From NCBI GenBank assembly GCA_036172245.1, contig JAYWIR010000042.1, forward strand, positions 1,612,001 through 1,676,000: a DNA stretch of 64,000 nucleotides, written 5' to 3'. Position numbers and translations under genes: made by a program. The notes below the pieces were generated by a model. The model saw only the letters and a list, made by a program, of their open reading frames with translations, was not told the DNA's origin and did no database searches. Positions 12,726-22,700 of the stretch are shown piece by piece (the stretch's first letter is position 1; each line of letters begins with the position of its first letter). This DNA is from Raillietiella orientalis (taxonomy: Eukaryota).

Positions 12726-14896
12726 CTAATTAGCATCATTACTGTGGAAACTGCCATGAGATCCTGAACGTGATCTGCAAAGATGGCAATAAATTCAGTT
12801 ACTTTTTTTTTCTAGAAAACAAAAAAAACAATGAATTACCTATTCTTTACAGGAGATTTTTCAGATGACCTGCTTTTGGCGCTAGAAATAAAGAAACGTT
12901 AATTACTGTAATATTTCCACTCACCCACCTTGCCTACCGTCTATCTCTGTTGTAAGAAGGAGAACGTGATCGACTCCTTGACTTGGAACGAGACATGGAG
13001 CGAGAGCGACTACGTGAATAACGGCGTGGAGATCTACAACATAAAAGGCACTCAGTATCAATAATGACCAACCCACATACCCCATTAGTTTTATACAAAC
13101 CTACGTAGTATATGTCCCACCCATGCCCTGAAGCGTCTTACGCAGTTAGTACAAATTCCCGACCTTACATTAAGATTATTGCAAACAGTGAAGTGAAAAC
13201 AAAATTTTACATGACTTTCAGCTCCCTGTGAAAATGCAGAATTTAAAGGGTCGACCATAGCAGACGCTGGTCATGACTTTGAAGAGCCGAATGTAACCAA
13301 TAAGCAGAAATACGAGGTAAAGCAGCCGAATAGTCGACTGGCGAGCTGATTTAACATAGCCGTGAAGTGGAAGTAGAATTTCAAAAAGGGTTTGGGTGAT
13401 GTGTTCAATGATGTCAAGGATGACAGAATCACATCTTTGTGGCAAATGGCGAATTATCAGATGGGAGTACAATAATAATGGGGAAGGCCATCCTGAAATT
13501 GGTTTATACAAGATAATATTAGTGCATTCCATCTAGTTTTCGGCCGAATCAATATCTCACTCTCTACATAGGTTAATCATGTCTGACAAATGCACTAATT
13601 TTCAGTGTTTCAGATACACAAAGTTTATAACTTTGCAATGGCTCCACAGCCAACATTACTGTATGTACTAAGGTGTACAAAGAAAAACCTAAACTGCTAC
13701 ATAACGACAATTATAAGGTATTTCATAATGTTGTCCATGATGCCGAAAACTTACCTAGATCTTGAATGCCTCCGGTAAGTATCATATCTGGAGTACCTGG
13801 AAGGTGGTGGGCCACGACGTCCTCCCCTTCTACTGCGGCCAGTCGATATTTCAACTCGCACTCTTGTACCACACATGCGCCTGTAAAATCACTGAACTTT
13901 AATTTTTGCCATTACGATACTTAAATTTAATTCAATGTTCACAAAAACTTTAAAACAAGATTGGAACTTTTTCCAAAACAAATGCTACTTGGAAAAACCA
14001 ACAAGTTCAAGACTGAGTTTCACATATATTTAATGATATAAATAACTTACTTAAACATATGAAAACTCAATAAAATCAAATGAAAACAAAACTCGAAACT
14101 TGTTTCACATTCTGAAGGGCTCATTGATAATGATCACGAATATCTTGCTCAAACTCTTCCCATATTACACTTTGTATAAAATAAAATTTCATAAGAGTAA
14201 TCTTGTGGATAAATCACCAAAATGCTACAAATGTCTGCAAAGACGATTGTTTCGACAAATATCAGAAAAATGATGACTCCGTGATATTTACATTTAAAGA
14301 ATTGGAATAAATAAAACGGGAAAATTACGTGAACCATTTGATTATGCCGATAAGAATTACGCTAAACCACATTTGCTTAGCCACTTATAGTTTATTTCAA
14401 TCTATTCAAAATGTGACTTCACAGTACTAATAATAACTCACAAACAAATGTCATTAAAGGATACACATGTATTCCTACTCACATAGATCTGCTATTGAAT
14501 CAAATGTTAAATACAATGGTAATAAGATTCAAAATTAATCCATGTAAGGGGTGAAAGAGAATAAGTTTAATGCAAAAAATACAAAATTCATTCTACAAGA
14601 AAGTATGCCTTTTACAGACATCCTTTTTGAGGATGGCAAAAGTGACACCAGTGATAACAAGGGATTTTAGCAATATTAATCACTTACGCTCCATCTAATC
14701 CCCTAACCGCATCCTCGGCATCTCGGGGATCTTCAAATTCAACAAAAGCAAATCCTGGAGGGTTTCTGGCCACCCAAACATTTCTAAGTGGTCCATATTT
14801 ACTGAAGGCGGACTCAATTTCATGCTTTGAAGCATTATTACCAAGATTACCAACGTAAACTTTACTTTCTAATGCTCTGTCATAATAACGGGACAT
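12726..14896 (-). CDS. Rbp1: Rbp1/SRSF3-like SR protein, upstream copy A
   Basis: Exons 14896-14688, 13880-13755, 13033-12938, 12881-12840, 12774-12726 (all introns phase 2). [22 protein letters not shown]...[13 protein letters not shown] tail ending SNDAN*. Alternative short form stops at 12934. AATAAA near 12689-12684. Confidence 0.9.
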
Positions 14897-16044
14897 CTCT
14901 AATGCTTTTCTAGAATATCTAAAAATTGCAGTCACTTTTTATGCTTACTACAAACAGTGACATTCATTTTTATGTATTCATTCATTCACATAATACAATA
15001 TAACATGTTACCTTAATCAATGAATAACTTAAATAACTTTCGAGATTTGAAATCAAGTCTCAAAAATTTATGTGGTAAAAAAATTTGCAATCTTCTTAGC
15101 ACGTTTAATAGTGATGGCTCAGAAAAGCACTAATTTCAACTTTCAAAACGAAAAAACTAAATACCAACACTGAGCGACACTTTCAGCAATCTGCTTTCAC
15201 TATAAACCACAACACAAATGGCAAACAACGCAATTTGAACCGTGCCTTGCAAAAACTAAAGTAAAACGATAAAAAAGTCAATAACGAATCAAGGCTGACG
15301 AAATGCAAACTGTAACCTTGCTTCAAACATAAGCGGTCGAAACACATCGGACTGCTGAACTTAAATGCGAAAACGAGCAATGCGCTGCAATGGTGGAATC
15401 CTAAAAAATATGAAGAGCACGCACTCTCAAATCATGCCTGAGGCTTCACAAATGGTTCCTAAGTGGCTCCACAAGTAAACAAACCCTTCAACAAATAAAG
15501 TAAAAATTGAGACCTACGCTACTTTTCAACATATTTTAAGAGTGTTAGAATCAGACTTAGATTCTAACACTTTGACGAAAAATGATCACGAATATTGCAA
15601 CCACAGGCCCGTTTACAATGAAAAAAAATTATTCTCAGATCACTAAAATTCTACATAACGTATTCGGGATCGACGCATACAACATAATTACAAACAATTA
15701 CAATACTTTTTGCAGCAAAGCACCAAAACACTGTACAAAAAATTCGAGTACATAGCTCTCAACTAAAACGAAAATAAAGATTCAAAACCGGGTAACGAGC
15801 TGATTAACTCCTAGCGTTTTTCTACACATCATTATAACACCATTAATTAATCCGTCCTATCGCAATCTTTCCCGCAACGGTAAAAAAACTACCAAATACA
15901 CTGGTGCCGCTAAGGCTGCTCTCCAAAGAAAAACACTCCAAAGTGACACTTTCATATTCAATACTTCAATACATCCTCAAATATATTCCATAATGTAGTT
16001 CTTACTTCTGAATGTAATGATTTACGCACCCACAACATACTCAC

Positions 16045-16110
16045 TATATTCAACGCAAACAAGTTGGGCACGCGTCCCTCTATTTTGCGGTCAAAATGGC
16101 GGCGAAATAG
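16045..16110 (-). promoter_or_regulatory. Putative non-coding leader exon / core promoter of the Rbp1 locus
   Basis: YY1/Pho-type motif CAAAATGGCGGC at 16092-16103, local CpG enrichment, and a consensus donor GTGAGT at 16044 on the minus strand. Confidence 0.55.
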
Positions 16111-18136
16111 TAGTTGTTGACGCATAAGGAAATACCAGTTCCTTTGAATTAAAAAACGGAAATTATGAAACTGCACATAAAACTATCAAAGGTTACAGTG
16201 ATATGTTTTTTTTTCAAACATGAAATCATGGAAAAACCAAGAATGAGAGCATTTTGTTTTGAATTACGGAAAAATTCATGATTTTTTATTTTTTTCATCA
16301 TTAATGAAGTTGTAAAGAATTCAAACCTCACAAAAAAATATCTTTTTTTATTAATTTTATAGTTAGAAGATTTCTAGAAGTAAAAATTGCAAGGTCCAAA
16401 TCATTCCATGCGGTCTCAACCATTCCATATTGCTGTATTTGTTTCAATATTGCATCCCGGAAAGCATTCTGGAAATCAATTGATAGAAAAAAATACCTGC
16501 AGAAACTCTTCCTCAGGTTTCCCTCTCATATTAGGTTTTCCTTAAGTGATTCCTTACGTGACTGTCTCCAACGTTTCATTTAAAATTTCATTAAAAATGA
16601 TGAAGATCCTAAAACAAAAAAAGTATTTCCAAATATTTGCAAGTTAAAGGATTAGGGAGAGATTTAGAACATCTAGAGCAATCTAAAGTATATCAATTTT
16701 AATATTAAATAAAATATTAAATAATATTAAATAAGCACCTGCAATAATTAAATCAGAGCTTCCGAGAAAACACAGTTATGGATTGAGATCACCAAGCAAT
16801 GTTTTGGCAACCAATCAACCTAAACTTTGAATCTTAAATTTCTTTTACGATTTGAACTGAAGAATTGAAAATTCAAACGCAAAGGATTAAATTTCATATC
16901 TCACACCTTTTTCTCTTATTTTTCTTCATTTATATAATTTGATTCAAACTATACAGAGTCCAACCTAAATCCAATTTATGAGCTACTGACAATTACAGTG
17001 AGAATGCTCCCATGATATTGATTCCTTTTAGGAAACAGTGGTAATTGTAGGTATTTGTACCTAAAGTTTTCTTTGTAATAAAAGTCCCCTGTAAAAAAAT
17101 AATGTGATGGATTTAATTTTAGCCATGGAAAATGCTAATGCTAAAGGTATTGTTTCATACTTTGAAATCAAAGTAAATTCATTTAAAAGTAATAGTACAA
17201 ATAACTTTAGTAGCATTACGACGCTCTACTCGAATTCATTTTTGATTATAAAATTCACACAATCCGGAAACATCTGTTCACGAAGATTTTTCTCTGCCGT
17301 GACTTTCACATATTTCAGCTTCATAAGGAGAATTTGTTCCCCTTGTTTATAGTAAATTGGATCCTGCGAACACATCCTGGACCATGTTAGTATAAATACA
17401 TATTCATCATTCAGGAAACTCTATGATCTTTTTATTTAGTTCTCCGGGGTTTCTCTTTTAAATACTCGTATTTCCTTCATTGTTGTGCATGATAATGCTT
17501 GCTTGCTAGGAGTGGAACTCATTTTTTTTGGCAAAGAGTTACTTATTCCATTGAAAACGAAGTAGAAATTTATGAGGGTCACAGGCTGGGACTTTAATGA
17601 ATTATATTAACTGTGTATGTATCTCGGAAGGCAAGATTTTCTTCTTACGTAGCTCATTAAACTGAAAATATTACTAGATGTATGCCATCAAATGAGGTTC
17701 CTTTTTCCTTTTTTTTTTGGCTGGATTACTAATTCAGGGTACTGATAATTAGGAGCATATTTTTCTACCTTTTGACGATGTTTACAACCGCTAGCAAAAT
17801 GAAAACCTTTTCTGTTTTGTCCAAACATTTATTGTTGGGAAAAATGTGGGAAAGCGTGCGTTGGCCTTTACTTTTCACATAAACAATCGTCGGTCGAGCA
17901 GGGTACACCTATTTGTACTGGTCCTCGTTCTTGCTGCTCTAGCAGAGAAGAAACTCTCGTGTGCATTAGCACAAAGTTGGTTGTCGTTAAGCAAAAAAGT
18001 GTTTTCCATAAAAAAGAAAAAAAAAAGTCGCCGAAAATTTGAAATTTATGTGGGTAATCTTCTTTCGCAGTGCCCCTTGTCTAACTTGAATGTTAAATTG
18101 TAAACTTTCGTTTACTGGACGTGTTTCAACGTTCGA

Positions 18137-18908
18137 ATGACATTTTATTTGCCAGTTTTTCCCAAACTGAAACCGTCACGGTTGGATTCACTTTGGTTTA
18201 ACGTTGACAAACCCCGTGATGAGGAGTCGGAATTGTCCAAGTTAGAAAAGGAGTATCAGCAGTGGGTAAATTAAACGTTCGAATGACATTTTATTTGCCA
18301 GTTTTTCCCAAACTGAAACCGTCACGGTTGGATGAGGCGTTGGTTTAACGTTGACAAACCCCGTGAAGAGTCGGAATTGCCCAAATTAGAAAAGGAGTAT
18401 TAGCAGTGGGTAAAAAGAAAACCTTGCTCGGCCTAATCGCAGGCTGGGGGAGCCTCTGGCAACCGCGATTGTTGATTTTTGAGCTGTTATAAATTTTTGT
18501 AAAGCTGACGCAGCCTGTGGATTTTAATTCAAGAATTGAATTTTAATTGCCATGTGTGTGAATGACTTGCATAATTTTACCTTTGTATCAGAGCATGAAC
18601 TGTTTTTATGTATATGTAAGAGATTTATTTTTTTTCAGCTCACAAATATAACTCAGAAAGATGTTGATTTGGCCCCAATTGGAAAAGCAGCACATGAGGT
18701 TATTAGCATTTTATGTATTTATTTTTTGTGTGATGTATGTTGTACCACATGCAAAGGCGTTTAATTTTTCATATTGTTTTAGCATTTAGATGAAGATGAT
18801 GATGATGATGATGACAATGACGAAGATAGTGAAAGTAATGATATTGATGATGATGATGATGATCTAGATGTTGAAATCAATGACAATGAATCCCAAGTGA
18901 CCCTATAA
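18137..18908 (+). CDS. ANAPC15: Anaphase-promoting complex subunit 15
   Basis: Exons 18137-18265, 18639-18698, 18783-18908 give MTFYLPVFPKLKPSRLDSLWFNVDKPRDEESELSKLEKEYQQW|LTNITQKDVDLAPIGKAAHE|HLDEDDDD...; matches the recalled APC15 pattern (LWFNLDRP..EETEL..QAWL..I..KD..L.PIGK followed by an acidic tail). Confidence 0.9.
18274..18413 (+). pseudogene. Disabled tandem duplicate of ANAPC15 coding exon 1
   Basis: Near-identical copy of 18128-18270 (period 146 nt). A +1 indel gives an early TAA; also a 3-nt deletion and CAG>TAG at 18401. Donor GT at 18410 is retained. Confidence 0.9.
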
Positions 18909-19104
18909 ACAATAGAGAGTGGTTGAAGATACATTGTATTTGTTGAATACTTCCAATTGCTTAAATTCTTGAAATTTTTCCACAAGGGCTGGTTTTCTTT
19001 TATCACATTGGAATAATGTGGATATAAGTTGCACTCTTTAATGTAGTGTACACTGACGTAACTTCTTGTCGATATTTATCTAATTTTTTCCCTTCAGGTG
19101 CAGT

Positions 19105-19758
19105 ATGAACATATATAACATTTACATTTTGTCGAAATCTGGTGGTCTGATTTATAATTATGATCAGGTCATTGCACGATCCCCTGTAGAAAAAACCTTT
19201 AATTTTCCATTACCACTTGTCTTAGGAAAATGCAACAATAAAACTGTAGTCGTATTTGGTGAACAAAGTGGCATTAAAGTTGGTTACATCTTAGTGAATA
19301 TTAATGGATGTCATGTCAATGGGTTTCAACTTGAAGGAGGCAGCAAAGACATATTTGAAATAATTCAGGACCCTGAAAATTATCCCCTTACATTGCAGTT
19401 CAGCCCACCATGGAATACAACAAATGACAAAATCTTCCTAGCTAGTATGTTCTATCCACTGTATGCATTGTCAGCTCAGCTTAGCCCAGAACAACACAGC
19501 TCAGGAATAGAACAGCTGGATGCAAATAATTTTAGAGTACACTGCTATCAGAGCCCAACTGGGATAAAGTTTTTGATAGTTGCCTCCCCTAAGCTCTCAG
19601 CAGTAGATGCACTGCTGAAGAAACTGTATGAACTCTATGCTGATTTTGCACTTAAAAATCCTTTTTATTCCTTGGAGATGCCAATACGTTGTGAATTATT
19701 TAATAGTAATGTTCAGGAAGTAGTAGAATTAGCAGAGAAAGCTGGAGGTACCATATAG
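19105..19758 (+). CDS. TRAPPC4: Trafficking protein particle complex subunit 4 (Trs23/synbindin), intronless CDS
   Basis: 217-aa ORF: IYILSKSGGLIY, PDZ-like insert, TTNDKIFLASMFYPLYA, SSGIEQL, LYELYADFALKNPFYSLEMPIRCELF. Acceptor ttttttcccttcag ends at 19097; AATAAA at 19780. Confidence 0.96.
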   Translation: MNIYNIYILSKSGGLIYNYDQVIARSPVEKTFNFPLPLVLGKCNNKTVVVFGEQSGIKVGYILVNINGCHVNGFQLEGGSKDIFEIIQDPENYPLTLQFSPPWNTTNDKIFLASMFYPLYALSAQLSPEQHSSGIEQLDANNFRVHCYQSPTGIKFLIVASPKLSAVDALLKKLYELYADFALKNPFYSLEMPIRCELFNSNVQEVVELAEKAGGTI

Positions 19759-19792
19759 ACTGTTTTCAAAATTACTGGCAATAAAGTATCAT

Positions 19793-22700
19793 TCACTGGA
19801 TGTGGACAGGTGTACATTCTATGAGGGATTTCCTCTTTTTCTTGAAGTCATGAGATGACTGCCACATATCCTCACTCACTGATACTATAGGTGCCCATTT
19901 TTCTAACAATCCATCAAAGAAGAGCTCCAACTTTTTACCAGCTTTGTAAATATCATTTTCGGGCTGAAAAAAATTACGTAAAAGCTCATAAATTATAAAT
20001 TGACATACAGTATTGAATTCTTGACAATTACAGAACAGTGTGCGCATATCAGCAACAAAACCAAAGAAAGAAGTGTATGCTTCTGGCGAAGATTTGCATA
20101 ATCTGGCCTTTATGACATCCAGAGCAATTGGTTGTTTAATTGCTTGGTAGTAATCCTCAAACTGAGATTAGCATGTTTTTGAATACTACTTCAAATAAAT
20201 AAATAGCTTACAGAGGGATCCACCATTTCTCTGAAAGCATTACTTTCTTCCTTCACATATATCTCTAACAAGATGCGTTCAGCAACCATTCTTTCTTGTG
20301 AGGTCATTGCATAACTTTTTTTTCGTTTCTGGCCATTGGAAAAAGGCTGTTCTACTAAAATCTGTTGATGCTGGCAAAAGGTACATTTCCAAACTTCATC
20401 TTCTCTGAAGAAAGTCAACTATCAAGATGCCACCCATAAAATATCATCACCTGGGAGCTGCTTTCAGCACTGGTACATGGCAGGCTAGATGATACACTTT
20501 GGGACAGGAATCACAGCACACAAGTTCTCCACCATCTTGACATACAGCACACCAATCCTCATTAGGATCCTGAGTATTTTCTAGTCTTGTAACACAGTCA
20601 GACAACAGGTTTGCAGCATGCCTTTCTTTTTCAGATTCATCAGCTTCACTATATACACTAGCAATAACAGGCAAAGAACTGGTATCATGCTGGCTTGATT
20701 CTGTTGTTTTATCGGAATTTTCGATACTCAGAGTACTCTGAGACTTGGTGAAGGCATCTGTTGGCTTTTCATTAAAACTTTTGTGTAACAATGTTTGGAG
20801 TGTACTGGTACAAGATGTCACTACAGTGCTAGGAAATGACACTTGCATGGGGAGAGTATCAGAAGCATTCACGTAGTGATTAATTTTCAATGCAGGGCTG
20901 TTAACATTACTAGGGCTAGGTCCCAATCGTATTTTAAAAGACTGATCTCCAACAAACTGGACATCATCTTCAGATTTAGATACACACTGCAATGGAGGTA
21001 TTGGGATATTTGATGGTATGTGCCAAGATGTACACACTAAAGACTGAGGCTGCTGAGAAGTTGGTTTTGGAGCAATTGGTTGCAAAGCCAGCAAATGTGG
21101 AGGCACAGGACGAATTTGTTGAACATTGGGCGCATGGCGAACTGCACAATTTTGTTGGCAAGCAACTGTTTTCACACTTGTAGCTCCAGCTGTTGTTACC
21201 CTAACATGAGAGAGATCCTTAACACCCCACGTATCACTATTTGGATTGTTAGGTTTAGAAGCACAAGGATTTTGTTGAACAGGGGTGATTGTGGCTGGTG
21301 GCATACTTGGACTGACATTAGCTTGTGGTACTGCTAAAGGAGCAGAAACAGTTTTTCGAAAATGTCCTTGGCTATTCAACATTGAAATTGGCATATTAGT
21401 ATAAGGGATCACTATTCTATTTGGAGGAGACTGCCTCACATCTACAAAACTATTACTTGAGTTATGCATTGTAGCAAGTGAAGTATTGGCTTGAGATACA
21501 GCTGCAACTTCTGAAACTTGTTGAGAACCAACATGAACACCAACTGATCTCAATTGAGGATTACTATAGCTAGGATATGTTTGCCAGTTTGTTGGCTGTT
21601 GAGATCTAACTCTATACTGGGCAGGACGTATAGGAGCAATGTTAGATGTGCCAGCAGAAAAAGACCTCGCAGTGCTTGCAACATTAGGAGCTGGTCTTAC
21701 GATAGGTGGATAAGGCTTGTTATCAACCAGGATCTGACCCATTTCTCGAATTGCTAAAACAAGCACAAGACAGGTTAATAAAAAAAGGAAATCAGTGATC
21801 TTCTAAAAATTTTATGCATTATATCAATTTTTGATAGCAGCACGAACGTAGTCCGTGAAATCATTATCTCACAAAATAAAACAGTTCACACAAAGTAGGA
21901 TATTAGCATTAAAAGAAATGCCTGCAACCAAAGTCCATTGCATGAATAAACATGCTGCTTTAATTGCTTTTTAAAAGGCCAGTAGCAACCCCACAGGGGG
22001 ATCGTTACACTTGAGCTCGGATGATGGAAATTTTTGAATTATTCTGCTTCACAGCTTTCCTTCCAGCTTTTTTTTTGCTTTTTCAATGATTTTCTTTGTT
22101 TGGTTCGCTAAGTACTGAAGAACCACTCGTCTCCTCAGGGAGGCATCAGAGAGGCTTGGCGATGACGCTATATGGTGGCTCACAAAGATCTTTAAACACC
22201 ATCAAGCCACCTGAGGGTTCTAAGGAGCAACCCTGAAGGGACCATCCCAATTAATCCAGGAAGGCTCCGAGGATGGAGTCCGTTCCTCTTGCTCTTAGCA
22301 AGGAGCCCCGAAGAGACAATTCCAATTTTCTCTGAAGGACTCTCCCTGAAGGGAGCAGCGCATTTCTGAAACTCTGGAGAGGAAGCCCCCAAAGGGATCA
22401 AACTAGTTCCATGGAATGCAATGGAGGGTCTCCCTGAGACAGGGGGTCAGCTCCATTTGCACAATTGGAGAACACCGAAAGAACCAAAAGGAACCGGGTC
22501 GTGATTCCTGGAAGGGCCCCAAAGGTCAACCATGAATCCCAGCCAACCAATGGGGGCATCCTGATAAGAGTTGGTCAAAAGCCTATCAGCCAACCAGTGA
22601 CTTGTAAGACGTGTGACTCGAAACCTATGGCGCATCTATTCTTGGCATCGATCCTTTATGGGTATTCGAATCTGCAACACTTGGTGCCACACATGAAAGC

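Noticed and set aside
15541..15571. 12-bp hairpin in the Rbp1 leader intron
   Set aside because: Short and isolated; cannot be assigned a function from sequence alone.
18128..18413. CRISPR-like or satellite array
   Set aside because: Only two units, no spacers; it is an exon duplication in a eukaryotic gene.
18779..19006. Minus-strand poly-Ser ORF / (GAT)n microsatellite
   Set aside because: Antisense shadow of the acidic last exon of ANAPC15.
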